A stretch of DNA of 64,000 bases from a virus (Duplodnaviria > Caudoviricetes), in IMG/VR virus record IMGVR_UViG_2816332589_000001, positions 32,001 to 96,000 of that record. One strand, given 5' to 3'. Position 1 is the first letter of the stretch. Each line of letters opens with the position of its first letter. A program made the position numbers and the translations under genes. The notes beneath the pieces were generated by a model. The model made no database searches and was not told the origin of the DNA. It saw only the letters and a program-made list of their open reading frames with translations. Positions 30,086 to 39,959 of this stretch are shown here, in pieces.

Positions 30086-30640
30086 CGGAGCTTCATCAGG
30101 GCGTACCCCGGTCCAGGGGTACGCCCTTTTTCGTGCCCGCGTACGGCGTACCCCCTCGCCCGGGGTACGCGTCTCGTACGGCCTGGGCGTCGTACCGTAC
30201 GGTCCCGCGGCGAGGCGTACGACGAGGTACGGGGTACGGGGCGGCACCCGTACGCCTCGTACGGGTACGCGCCGGGCACGGGGTACGGGTACGGCCGCAT
30301 CTTGCACCGTACGGCGGCATACGCGCAGGTCAGAGCTAGGTACGACTCCAGCGGCCGGGCCCTGCTCCGAGAGGCGCCGAGCGAATGCCGAGGAGCGTTC
30401 ACCGCGAGAACGCCCCGCGCCGCAGCCCGTACGCGGCCGGAGTCCTGCGCGTACGCCGCGTACGCCGACCCGCACCCCGTACGCGTACGCCTCGTATCGC
30501 CGTACGCGTACGCCCTCGGCCCGTACACGTACGGGGTCGCCGCGCCCCGTACGCTCCGTCCGCCGTACGCCCCGTACGGTCGGCCACCGTACGGGCAGCG
30601 TCGTACGGCCGTACGGTGGCGCGAAGCGTACGGCCGTACG
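30059..30640. repeat. GTAC/CGTACG palindrome-dense non-coding tract
   Basis: About 36 GTAC counted by eye in ~580 bp between convergent genes. Confidence 0.85.
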
Positions 30641-30732
30641 CGGAGCTCGGCGTCTGTGCCACGCTCTCTGCCTGATCAGTACCAGGCGCCGTCGCGCATT
30701 GGTGGGCAACAACAGGCTCGCCCGGTGAACCA

Positions 30733-30821
30733 GACGTGACGTGACGTGACGCGACGGCCGAAGCGCTCCGCTCCCGGCAACCGGCCGACGGGGCGGTCCT
30801 GCCTCCGGCACGTCACGTCAC
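30733..30821. repeat. Inverted pair of 5-bp tandem arrays: (GACGT)n facing (CACGT)n
   Basis: GACGTGACGTGACGTGACGCGACG at 30733-30756; CACGTCACGTCAC at 30809-30821. Confidence 0.7.
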
Positions 30822-30825
30822 TTCG

Positions 30826-32226
30826 TCATCGGGCCTGGAGAGTGCGCTTGAGGAACTCGTTGAATTTCCGGGCCGGAACGCGGTCGCCGAACTTGGCGTA
30901 CGCCTCTGCGGCCTGCGTCATGCCCTGTGCCTTGAGCCTTTCGAGGACTTCTCCCCTGTGCGCCCGGATGTGGTCCTGAAGCCGCGATCCGCCCCGGATG
31001 TCATCGATGCTGCTCGCTCCCGGGGGCAGCAGGTCGGCCACGAACTCCAGCGACGGCATACCGAGCATCTGCGCTTGGAACTCCACTTCATCGATCATGC
31101 TCGCCTGTGCCCGCTCTTCCGCCGTCATGTTGGCGGTGCGCTTGGCCTGCCGGGGCGTGGCCGCGGCGGGCGGCGGCGGTTCGGCCGCGGCCGGGGCCGC
31201 ATCCGGCTGAGGGGCCGGGCTTGGCTGGGGCGATGCGGCCTTGCTCATCAGCGCCATGGTGATCGCGCTGTTGGCATCGACCGTGCCCCACTCGGTGCTG
31301 CGCACGACGACCTGGGCGAGTGTTCCAGCACCGTACTGGGCGCGCAGCGCGTGAAGGCGCGGTTCGGCGGTCGCCGGATCGGCCAGGGCGTCGGCCATCT
31401 GCTGTTCGATGATCTCGGCGTCGGGCAGGGCAGGCGGGGCGGGCGGCGCCGGAGCAGGAACGGCGGGCTCTGCGGCCGGGCGCTGCGGAACAGCCTGGCC
31501 CCATGCGTCGTCGTACGGGTCCGGCGGGTCGGGATACTCCGCAGCCATCTGCGCCTGCGCGGCCTGCCGCTCCGCGGCCTGCCGTTCGGCACGGGCCTGC
31601 TGTTCGGCGAGGAGCTTGTTGCGCTGGCCCTCGATCACCTGGCGGAAGGTGACGCCGGGCCGGTCGGGCATGTGCAGTTCGGCGAGTCCCGCGCCGGCCG
31701 CTTGCTCCAGCAGGGAGTAGAGGGCGTTGGGGTTCTTCCAGACCTCGCGTTTTTCGATCTGGCCGAGGTACCAGCCGAGCGGATTGCGGGCGGAGACCGG
31801 GTGCTCGTGGTCGCCGTCGTCCTCGCCGTCGCTGATCTCGAAGACCTGCTTGTACGCGTACTTCTTCGCGGCGGTCATGGCCTTGTTGCTGGCCTTGTCG
31901 GCGACGTCGGCGCCTTCTCCGACGACGATGATGGGGGTGTCCATCTCGTCGCCCTGCGGGCCGCGCATCACGTAGCGGACGGTCAGGATGGCGACGTTGA
32001 CGTTCTCGCCCCGCGTGAAGTGCTTCTGGTCGATGACCTGGGGCAGCATCCGCAGCCCGTACTTGGCCATGCGGGGCCCGATCTCGGCCACGATGTCGTC
32101 GTACGCCTGGAACTTGTACCCCATCTTCTTGTTGGTGCCGTTCTTGCCGACGGGATCGATCTCCCGCATGACGGCGATCATGGCCTCATCGACGGTGAGA
32201 TGGGGCGTCGTCTCGGTTTCGGCCAT
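30826..32226 (-). CDS. ERF-family ssDNA-annealing protein with a long C-terminal extension
   Basis: VGKNGTNKKMGYKF...GEGADVADKASNKAMTAAKKYAYKQVF...DGD. Confidence 0.85.
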   Translation of the reverse strand: MAETETTPHLTVDEAMIAVMREIDPVGKNGTNKKMGYKFQAYDDIVAEIGPRMAKYGLRMLPQVIDQKHFTRGENVNVAILTVRYVMRGPQGDEMDTPIIVVGEGADVADKASNKAMTAAKKYAYKQVFEISDGEDDGDHEHPVSARNPLGWYLGQIEKREVWKNPNALYSLLEQAAGAGLAELHMPDRPGVTFRQVIEGQRNKLLAEQQARAERQAAERQAAQAQMAAEYPDPPDPYDDAWGQAVPQRPAAEPAVPAPAPPAPPALPDAEIIEQQMADALADPATAEPRLHALRAQYGAGTLAQVVVRSTEWGTVDANSAITMALMSKAASPQPSPAPQPDAAPAAAEPPPPAAATPRQAKRTANMTAEERAQASMIDEVEFQAQMLGMPSLEFVADLLPPGASSIDDIRGGSRLQDHIRAHRGEVLERLKAQGMTQAAEAYAKFGDRVPARKFNEFLKRTLQAR

Positions 32227-32352
32227 GGATGACCGTCCTCCTGGCTGGCTTGGAGCGTTGACCCGCCCGCGGCTTGCTCGTACCGGGGCATGGTGCGTCG
32301 CGGCGAGGGGCAACATCCTCGCCCGGACACGGTTGTCAGTTTACCACTGTGG

Positions 32353-32790
32353 TCACTCGTCCGGGCAGGTGAAGAGGCCCGTCACCGGTGCCTCCTTCTC
32401 GGGGTCCAGCAGAGCATCGGCGTGCCTGCGATACCAGGCGTCCAAGGCGCGGGCGGCCTCCGGCGCCCCGGACTCGGCGTCCGGGTCGGCGGCCTGTCGC
32501 TCCGCCCACTGCCTGGTACCGGCCTCGAACTCGGCCTGCACGGAATCCTCGTCGCGGCAAAGCGCAGCGGCCAGCTCCGACCACGGCGTCCCAGCCAGCG
32601 CCTCCGCCCGTACGGTCCACTGGAGTACCTGAAGGGAGAGCAGCCGCAGCCGGCGGGCAGCCAGGATGCGGTCGGCGGCCGTGCCCTCTCCCGAGATCTC
32701 TCCGACGATGCCGCGCGCGAAGTCGGCGACCTCCCGTGCGTGCTCGGCCGTGATGAGCCGCGCCTGGGCGGCCTGCTGGGGACAGTCCAT
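32353..32790 (-). CDS. Hypothetical protein, possible HTH (GTPWSELAAAL)
   Basis: AAGGA RBS; 145 aa. Confidence 0.6.
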   Translation of the reverse strand: MDCPQQAAQARLITAEHAREVADFARGIVGEISGEGTAADRILAARRLRLLSLQVLQWTVRAEALAGTPWSELAAALCRDEDSVQAEFEAGTRQWAERQAADPDAESGAPEAARALDAWYRRHADALLDPEKEAPVTGLFTCPDE

Positions 32791-32874
32791 GAAGCGGGTC
32801 CTTCGGGTGCCGAAACGACAACGGCGGGCGCCCCGAGGATACGGGGCACCCGCCGTGGCGGTGGTGAGACGGGG

Positions 32875-34125
32875 TCAGCCCGCGCTGACCAGCTCACGTT
32901 GGTCGGCCATCTTCGACGCCCGGTACTCCTCGTACCAGCGCTCGAACTTCGGCTTCACGTTGGCCCGACCGGACGCGTCGGACCGGCCGAGCCTGCGGCC
33001 CAGGTTGCTGCCGCAGAACGGCCCGCCGTCCTTCACCAGCGGGTCCTGCTCCCAGTCCTCGTACTCGCTCGCGTCCCGGGCCGCGCGATAGAGCTCGAAC
33101 AGGGCCTGCTCCGCCTCGCCCTTGGTCATCCCGGCGAACTCATCGCTCATCACCACGGACTCCACGACCCGCGCCGGCCGCTTGACCGTCTTCGCGCTCG
33201 CCGCCGCCCGGGGCTGCGCCGGGACGGCGGCCGCGGCCTCCTGGCGCTGTCGCTCAAGGCGCTGGGCCTCCTCGCGGTGCGCCCGCGCCTCCTGCTCCGC
33301 CTTCTCCCGGCGCTCCCGGTCGGCTCGCTCCTCCTGGCGGATGCGCTCAGCGAGTTCACGCTCGGCCCGCTCCCGCTCGATACGGGCGTTGTATTCGCGG
33401 CGTGCCTTCTCCTCATCCAGGCGAGCCTGCCGATCAGCCTCCTCGCGGGCGGTGCGCTCCTTCTCCAGGGCGAGAGCGTGCTCGCGCTCCTCCCGCAGAC
33501 GGGTCTCCTCACGCTCCGCACGCTCGCGCTCCAGCTTCGCGGCGTGCTCCCGCGCCTGCCGTTCGGCCTGCTCCTTCGCGGCCCGTGCCTGCTCGCGTTC
33601 TTCCCGCTGCCGCTGCTCTCGGGCTTCTTCCTCGGCCCGCCGGCGCTCATCCGCCGCGGCCTGATCGGCAGCGATCCGGGCCAGGGCAGCGCTGATCGCG
33701 CGCCGGTACGACAGGCCGGCCTCCGCGGTGACGATCAGCAGGAGTGGCGCGGCGGAGTGAACGGCCATGCCCACCCAGTCGTGACGCAGCGCGCTGTCAC
33801 CGACGTTGAGGGCGAGGGTCATCAGGCCAGTCATCCACCGCAGAAGCACGGGCCAGGCGCCGCCCTCGCCGCCGAGGCGGGAGATGACGGAGTCCAGCTT
33901 GACCACGATGATCACCGCGGCGTCCACGACGAGCGGCAGGATGGGCGCCGTCCACTCCCAGCCTGACGGGCTGACCGACCGGACGAGTGGGGTAACGGTG
34001 AGCACGCTGAAGAGCAGGGCCCCGGCCGTGATCGCCCAGGTCCCCGCCTTCAGAGTGCGTTCAGCCGAGCGGATCTCCGCCTCGGACATGGCGGCGTAGC
34101 GCGCCGTGGAAAGGGGTCGGGCCAC
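32875..34125 (-). CDS. Spd/DUF2637-like membrane protein with coiled coil and C-terminal HTH-like region
   Basis: Four hydrophobic helices (LPLVVDAA, LALNV, HSAAPLLL) followed by an E/R-rich coil; AGGAGG RBS. Confidence 0.72.
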   Translation of the reverse strand: MARPLSTARYAAMSEAEIRSAERTLKAGTWAITAGALLFSVLTVTPLVRSVSPSGWEWTAPILPLVVDAAVIIVVKLDSVISRLGGEGGAWPVLLRWMTGLMTLALNVGDSALRHDWVGMAVHSAAPLLLIVTAEAGLSYRRAISAALARIAADQAAADERRRAEEEAREQRQREEREQARAAKEQAERQAREHAAKLERERAEREETRLREEREHALALEKERTAREEADRQARLDEEKARREYNARIERERAERELAERIRQEERADRERREKAEQEARAHREEAQRLERQRQEAAAAVPAQPRAAASAKTVKRPARVVESVVMSDEFAGMTKGEAEQALFELYRAARDASEYEDWEQDPLVKDGGPFCGSNLGRRLGRSDASGRANVKPKFERWYEEYRASKMADQRELVSAG

Positions 34126-34251
34126 TGTGCTGTCCTCCTGGAGCGTCCCGAGGTGCGCTCTCGCTCGTGAGCGCTCGGTCGCGGACAGCCTAGATCATCT
34201 CCGAGGCCGCAGACCTGCCCCTTCCCCGCTAACACGCCAAAGGCGCACCAT

Positions 34252-35058
34252 CTACCACATTTGGGGCTTTCGCCGGTCGTTGCCGACCATGCGCAAGACC
34301 ACGGCCCGCTGCCCGACGCGAGATGCCAAGCGGTCACCGAGGACCGCCGCGACCTGGTCGAAGCTCAGGTTCGTGGTGAACAGCGTGGCCCGCCCGCTGT
34401 TGAGCCGTGCGGTGATCAGGTTTGAGGTGTGGGTGCGGACGTGATTCGTGGCGTACTCGTCCATCTCGTTACACAGGTCGTCCAGGATGAGCAGGTCGCA
34501 CCGTTCGTACCGCTCGCGCACGGAGACCGGCGTCAGACCGGCGGGCGCGTTGTTCGGCTGGAGCCACGACAGGTACATCGAGTGCGACACGAACCGCGCC
34601 ATCAGGCCGCATTCGACAGCGAAGGCGCCCGCCGCGGCGGCGGCCACCGTCTTGCCCGATCCGACGCTGCCGTGGGCGATCAGGTGCTGGATGCTGGGCC
34701 GGGCTATGTTGCGCTGCGCCTCCGGCACCTTGAGCTGGTCGCGGTTGTGCTGCCGGGTCTTGGCGAGCTCTTCGACGTACCGGCGCAGATGGTCGGGGAA
34801 CTGCTCCCCATCCAGGGCGGGCAGCCGGTACCGGGCGTAGTCTCCGTGCCCCGACAAGGCCAGGGAGTTCACCCACGCCTGCCGGAACACGTCGCGCTGG
34901 TACTCGTCGGTGCTGTCTGACCGGTCTTCGGGGTGGTCGGCCCTGGCCGGGTCCAGGCCGCGGCGCCGCAGCATCTCCGCGACGGCCGCGACGGGGTCGC
35001 CGGCGCGTACGACCTTCCGGCCTTCCGGTATCGCCGGGGCAGGCATGGTGAGGGACAT
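34252..35058 (-). CDS. DnaC/IstB-like AAA+ helicase loader
   Basis: GSVGSGKT, LLILDDL, TLFTTNL, LGDRLASR, GNDRR. Confidence 0.88.
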   Translation of the reverse strand: MSLTMPAPAIPEGRKVVRAGDPVAAVAEMLRRRGLDPARADHPEDRSDSTDEYQRDVFRQAWVNSLALSGHGDYARYRLPALDGEQFPDHLRRYVEELAKTRQHNRDQLKVPEAQRNIARPSIQHLIAHGSVGSGKTVAAAAAGAFAVECGLMARFVSHSMYLSWLQPNNAPAGLTPVSVRERYERCDLLILDDLCNEMDEYATNHVRTHTSNLITARLNSGRATLFTTNLSFDQVAAVLGDRLASRVGQRAVVLRMVGNDRRKPQMW

Positions 35059-35089
35059 CTCGTCGTTCCTCCTCTCGTCGGCCGACTGC

Positions 35090-36337
35090 TCAGGCGGCGT
35101 CATCGGACTCGACACCGAACACGTCGAGGTCGGGCGCGGCCGGGGCCGGCGCGGCGGACTGGGTGCCGCCTGAATCGCCCTGCATCCACTGGTCGTTGGT
35201 GAAGATCGGGGCGCGCCCGCTAGAGCCGGAACGCGGGGCGCGGACGCCTGACAGGCGTCGCAGCTCCTTGTCCAGCGCCCACTTCGTCGGTGTCCAGTCG
35301 CCGATGTTGCCCAGGGCCTGCCAGATGAGCCTGGAGTCGTAGCCTGCTGCCAGGGCCGTACGGATGCGGGTGCGCAGGTTGAGGAAGTAGCCGGTCCGCT
35401 GCCGTTCGGTGTCCGCCATCAGGGGGCCCATCCGCTTGGCGGCCACCAGCTTCTCCGCTTCCTCCCACCACTTGGTGGCGCCCTTCTGCGCCTGCTTGTC
35501 GAGTGCGATGTCCTCGGGCGTCTTGTCCTTCAAACGCTTGAGCATCCGTTCGAACTTGGCCTTCGCCGGGCCCCACTCGCCGATCTCCCGGAGCACCAGC
35601 TTGATCAGTTCCACGTCGTGGCCGGCGGCCATGGCGTCGTGGATGCGTGTGACCAGGTTGGTTCGGGCGCGCTCCCTCTGCTGCTCGGTGACGAGCGGGT
35701 GCAGATGGCCCTGATCGGTCAGGTCCTGCGCCTGCGCCCACCACTCCTCGGCGACCGTACGGGCAGCAGCCTCGACAGCGGTCTCCTGCGGCGGAGCCGC
35801 GGGTGCAGGCTGCCCCGACTTGGTATCGGTATCGGGTTCTGCTGCTTCCTGGACCTTTACCTTGCGGGGACGGCCAGGACCGCGGGAGAGCTTCTGCGCC
35901 TCTTCCTCACGGCGGTGCTTGTAGTGCTCTCCGACGTTGGTCTCGCCCTCGAAGCCAGCGGGCGGCATCTGGTGGACGAGGTAGCGGATGCCCTTGGCGC
36001 CGTTGGGCCGGGTCATCGGCTCGCGGTCGATGGCGTCGGCGTCGTCAAGCTGGTCTAGGTACTGATCGACGGACTGCTCACGGGAGAAGCCGAGGATGCG
36101 CGCAATGGTCTTGCGGGAAGGCCAGCACGAACTGTCGCCACTGGCGACGTTCACGTGCATCGCCAGCACGTTGTAGACGGCCTTCGCCTGCGGAGCCAGG
36201 ATCTTCCCCCGGTACATCGGGTGGGACTTACTGCCCGGGTACAGCGTCACCCAGTCCGGGATCATGGAGAACGGCGCTTTGCGGCCGACCACAACCTCGA
36301 ACTGCTCGTCCAGCTCGTCCATCTCGTGGCTGGTCAC
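35090..36337 (-). CDS. Phage replication initiator (N-terminal wHTH)
   Basis: FSMIPDWV...CWPSRKTIARILG wHTH pattern; upstream of the DnaC-like gene; internally duplicated C-terminal domain. Confidence 0.78.
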   Translation of the reverse strand: MTSHEMDELDEQFEVVVGRKAPFSMIPDWVTLYPGSKSHPMYRGKILAPQAKAVYNVLAMHVNVASGDSSCWPSRKTIARILGFSREQSVDQYLDQLDDADAIDREPMTRPNGAKGIRYLVHQMPPAGFEGETNVGEHYKHRREEEAQKLSRGPGRPRKVKVQEAAEPDTDTKSGQPAPAAPPQETAVEAAARTVAEEWWAQAQDLTDQGHLHPLVTEQQRERARTNLVTRIHDAMAAGHDVELIKLVLREIGEWGPAKAKFERMLKRLKDKTPEDIALDKQAQKGATKWWEEAEKLVAAKRMGPLMADTERQRTGYFLNLRTRIRTALAAGYDSRLIWQALGNIGDWTPTKWALDKELRRLSGVRAPRSGSSGRAPIFTNDQWMQGDSGGTQSAAPAPAAPDLDVFGVESDDAA

Positions 36338-36657
36338 TGGCCCGCTCCTTCCTGAGCATCGTGCGGAGCAAGGCGGTAGGAGATCAAACGGCGGTCTTGG
36401 CGGTCGATGCGGCGCGGTTGTGCGGTCCGTTCTACGAGACCGGTGCGGACGAGCAGCGTGAGCGCCGAGCGGGCCTGATGGTGGGTCATGCCGGCGGAGG
36501 CGGCGAAGTCGTCAGTGTGGTGCCAGTCGCACACGTCGAGGTCACGCCGACGCAGATGCCGTACGAACGCGGTGAGGACCGTCGGGCTGATCCGCCGGGC
36601 GCCGACGAGGTCGGTCGCCTGGTCGATCAGCGCCAAACGGGTGTCGCTGGGGATCAC
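36334..36657 (-). CDS. Small winged-helix protein
   Basis: FAASAGMTHHQARSALTLLVRTGLVER. Confidence 0.65.
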   Translation of the reverse strand: MIPSDTRLALIDQATDLVGARRISPTVLTAFVRHLRRRDLDVCDWHHTDDFAASAGMTHHQARSALTLLVRTGLVERTAQPRRIDRQDRRLISYRLAPHDAQEGAGQ

Positions 36658-36720
36658 GAAGCTTCCTTGCGGGAGGTGCCCACCCCCGTCGAAGCAGGGG
36701 TGGGCAGGACGTGCGGACGA

Positions 36721-37044
36721 TCACGCGGCGGGGGCGAAACCCCGGACCTTTGCCTTGTGCTCGGCGGCCTTGCGTATGGGCCCGTAGTCGATGGCCCTGG
36801 CCTTGCCGAGCGACCTCTCTTTGACCAGCGCCTTGCGCTCGACCTCGGTAAGGCCGCCCATCACGCCGAACTCGACGCGGCTGGCCGGGGCGAGCGCGTA
36901 CTCCAGGCAGCGGTCCTGGACCGGGCACCGCGCGCACAGCCCCTTGGCGAACTCCGTCTTCTTGACCGCGCCCGAGTCCGGGAACATGGCCTCCGGGTCA
37001 GTGCGCGCGCACAGCGCGTCGAGCATGAAGTCGGGAACGCTCAT
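36721..37044 (-). CDS. whiB: WhiB-family Fe-S transcription regulator
   Basis: Four conserved Cys (C...CARC.....C) and the GVMGG turn. Confidence 0.9.
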   Translation of the reverse strand: MSVPDFMLDALCARTDPEAMFPDSGAVKKTEFAKGLCARCPVQDRCLEYALAPASRVEFGVMGGLTEVERKALVKERSLGKARAIDYGPIRKAAEHKAKVRGFAPAA

Positions 37045-38279
37045 GCCGCACCCCCGTTGATGCCGTCCGGCTCGTCGCGCAGGAGGCGCCACCGCTGAGA
37101 GTCGCGGTCCCATTTGATGTACTCGACGCCGAAGGGGTCGTAGATCATGCCGTCCGCCCCCATCCAGAAGCCGACCTCCGCGTCAACGAGGGCGTTGAGG
37201 CCATCTACAGCGCGCTGCCACGGCGAAACCGCGCCGGTGGGCTCGCCGAGATTCTCCGGCCGGACCGCGCCCCGCCGGATCTTGGACGCCAGGATCTCGG
37301 CGCCGTCCGCTCGCAACTGGTTGTCACGACTGCCGGTTGCCCGGTACTCACGTGCCTTCTTGAGCAGCCACGCGGTGATCTGTGCGTCGCGCTCGGCGGT
37401 GATCGCCTCGCGGGTAGTGGCCTGCTTCTCCAGCTCGGCGACGCGCGCCCGCAGCCGCTCCACCTCAACGGCAGGGGTGACCCGGTCGCGGGCCCACGGC
37501 CACGGGCAGTTCCCTGCCGAGTGCTCGCCGATCACGTCTACGGGGACGACGGCGTAGGCCAGGGCGTCCGCGGCCTCCACGGCGGTATCCCGCTGCCCGA
37601 TCGTGGCCGTGTGGGCGCGTCGCTCACGCTCCAGCTCAGCCCGCAGCCGGGCGTTCTCGGCCTCCAGGTCGGCGCCCGGCCGGGTGGACTCGCCCTTGCG
37701 GGTGTCCTTCCCGGCCTCGTCGGCGCGCTCCTCCAGCACCAGAGCCGCGCGGTACAGGCCCTCGCTCTGCCGCGCGCGGCCGGGCTCGGGCATCTCGTCG
37801 GCCAGCCGACGCAGGCGACGCGCCTCCTCGCGCAGCATCTCGGCGCGGCCGGTAGCGGCCTGCTGTTCCAGCTCGGCGACACGGTCCCGCAGCTCGTCGC
37901 GCTCCATCTGCGTGGCGAGCGACGCGCCGAACATGTCCTGTACCGCCGTCTGCAACTCTCGGGCTCGGGCCGCGTACCGGTCGGCCGCACTGCCGGTGGA
38001 GAGCGCGCGAGTGCGGGCCCTGCGCCAGGCGATGCAGTAGCGCTCGGCCTCGGACTCGGCGTCAAGCAGCCGACGCAGGATCGGCCTCATGTGCTCGCCC
38101 ATGTACGAGACGAGGTTCAGGCAGTAGAGGTCTTCCCACTGCGGGTGGTCGTGCTCGCGGACGTTGGTGATGATCTCGCCGAACGAGACGACGAGGTCGG
38201 TGCGGGCCGGCTTTGCGTCACCGAGGTGGGCGCCCAGTGCGGCGCGCTGCTCAGCGGAAAGAGGGGAACGGGCGCTCAT
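37041..38279 (-). CDS. Coiled-coil hypothetical phage protein
   Basis: Repeated LR.RVAELE heptads; coupled to both neighbours by 4-nt overlaps. Confidence 0.7.
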   Translation of the reverse strand: MSARSPLSAEQRAALGAHLGDAKPARTDLVVSFGEIITNVREHDHPQWEDLYCLNLVSYMGEHMRPILRRLLDAESEAERYCIAWRRARTRALSTGSAADRYAARARELQTAVQDMFGASLATQMERDELRDRVAELEQQAATGRAEMLREEARRLRRLADEMPEPGRARQSEGLYRAALVLEERADEAGKDTRKGESTRPGADLEAENARLRAELERERRAHTATIGQRDTAVEAADALAYAVVPVDVIGEHSAGNCPWPWARDRVTPAVEVERLRARVAELEKQATTREAITAERDAQITAWLLKKAREYRATGSRDNQLRADGAEILASKIRRGAVRPENLGEPTGAVSPWQRAVDGLNALVDAEVGFWMGADGMIYDPFGVEYIKWDRDSQRWRLLRDEPDGINGGAA

Positions 38280-38845
38280 TCGCCTGCCTCCAGCTCCGGC
38301 AGGGCGAAGGACTCTGCCGTCAGTTCGGGCAGGTTCTCCAGGGCCCGGTCGAGGAAGCCGAGCATGTCGTCCAGTGCCTCTTTGCCCTGGGTGTTCCACT
38401 TGGGGCTGATGCTGGTGGGCTCACCGCCCGGCTCGTAGCCGATGCCGGGAACCACTTCGCCGGTGGTGGCGTCAACGACCGTGTTCGTCTTCGCGATGTA
38501 CCGCAGGTGGCTCATCAGCGCTTCGAGGTAGGCCGGGCGAATGACGTACTGCGTCTCGCCCTTCTCGTCCGCGTAGTCGAGGAGCGCCTTCTCGTCCTCA
38601 ACGACGAACTTCGGCTTTGACACGCCCTGGGTGAACGTGGTCAGCGGCATAGAGTCCCCGGAAGGCAGGGGCAGCTTCGCCGCTGTGCTGCGCACACCCT
38701 TGGTGGACTCGATGTACGCGGCGTTCTCCCTGATCACCGCATCGCAGATGTCGGCGACGCGGGCCTTCACGCGGTAGGCCACCGCAGCCCTGAGCGCCAA
38801 GTCGCCGACACTCACGGCGTTGGGTGCGTTGTCCGTCTCGGGCAT
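38276..38845 (-). CDS. Hypothetical protein, possibly Mu Gam-like
   Basis: GAGAGG RBS; KFVVEDEKALL...VVDATTGEVVPGI. Confidence 0.6.
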   Translation of the reverse strand: MPETDNAPNAVSVGDLALRAAVAYRVKARVADICDAVIRENAAYIESTKGVRSTAAKLPLPSGDSMPLTTFTQGVSKPKFVVEDEKALLDYADEKGETQYVIRPAYLEALMSHLRYIAKTNTVVDATTGEVVPGIGYEPGGEPTSISPKWNTQGKEALDDMLGFLDRALENLPELTAESFALPELEAGE

Positions 38846-39296
38846 CGCTGGATACCTCTCTGGTTCTGCCGGTTTCCCGGCTTGGAGCGTGAAGGTCTGC
38901 TGCTGGTGGCCTTCCGTCGCTATGGACGGAGTGAGGCCGAAATCCGTTACACCAGACCCGGTGTGGCTGCTCGCTCGTGCGGCCACAGATCGGAACTGTA
39001 CACCACGTCCGTTCGGGTTGGGTGGACCCCGCGACGGAACTGCCCGCGGCGTGTCTTCATGCACTCGGCCCGTACGGCGAACGGCGGAACGCGCACCCGC
39101 TGAACCGACCCGCCGGGCCCCGGCACCGCCCCGTCCGGACACGTGGGGCGACGCCGGCCGAGGAGCGGCCGATCCGGTCCGGCCATGACGGCACGTCCCG
39201 GTAGCGAGCCGGGACGCCGCGGTTGAAGTCCGCGGGCTCGCTGACCGCCGGCCGCTCCTCACCCCGCCCGTCGAGCTGCGCGACCAGGAGCAGCCC

Positions 39297-39932
39297 GTGA
39301 CCGGCCTCGCCGCCCCCCGCCACATCACCTACATCCCGCTCGCCGACCTGCCCCCGGACCCCGTGAACCCCAAGCGTCACGAGGTCGAGCGGATCATCGC
39401 CTCGATCAAGGACCACGGGTTCATCGAGACACCCGTCGTGGACGAGCGCACCGGCCTCGTCATATCCGGGCACGGCCGCCGTAAGGCCCTGATGGAGATG
39501 CAGGTGCGCGGCGAGCCGACCCCGGCGGGGCTTCTGGTGGACGACGACGGCGGATGGCTCGTGCCGGTCACCCGCGGCTGGTCGTCCACCAGCGACCGCC
39601 AGGCGCACGCCGTACTGATCCTGCTCAACCGGCTCCCGGCCGCCGGCGGATGGGAGCCCAGCGCGCTCGCCGAGATCCTGGAAGACCTCGCCACCTCCGA
39701 CACGGCCCTGTTCGACTCGCTGTGCATCTCCGACGACGAGATGGAGGAGCTGCTGCGCCAGGTCGATCCCGAGGGCCTGCCGCAGGGCCCCGACGGCACC
39801 GAGGCGCCGGAGAAGGAGCGCGGCCTGGAGGACGACTTCGCGGGTGACGGGTACGCCGACAGCGGCGACAACGAGCGCTCCGGCTCGGTGTGCTGCCCGG
39901 CCTGCGGCCACCTGTTCAGCCCGGGACGGTAG
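39297..39932 (+). CDS. ParB/Srx N-terminal domain protein with a C-terminal zinc finger
   Basis: NPKRH...SIKDHGF...ISGHGRRKAL; CPACGH; no partition HTH. Confidence 0.8.
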   Translation: MTGLAAPRHITYIPLADLPPDPVNPKRHEVERIIASIKDHGFIETPVVDERTGLVISGHGRRKALMEMQVRGEPTPAGLLVDDDGGWLVPVTRGWSSTSDRQAHAVLILLNRLPAAGGWEPSALAEILEDLATSDTALFDSLCISDDEMEELLRQVDPEGLPQGPDGTEAPEKERGLEDDFAGDGYADSGDNERSGSVCCPACGHLFSPGR

Positions 39933-39959
39933 CCCCAGAGACGATCTACGGTCCCCGCC

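Noticed and set aside
29769-30811. ORFs across the GTAC tract (e.g. 30302-30739, 29878-30528)
   Set aside because: All frames give RT/VR/PY/AY repeats dictated by the DNA motif, with no clear RBS. Treated as non-coding.
39211-39240. GGGACG upstream of the ParB-N gene as a 16th late promoter
   Set aside because: It lacks the SWAGC extension and an NANNNT element at 17-18 nt.
39297-39932. Second partition ParB
   Set aside because: Only the N-terminal ParB/Srx domain plus a zinc finger is present, with no HTH. Its position next to a TerS-like gene is typical of non-partition phage ParB-N proteins.
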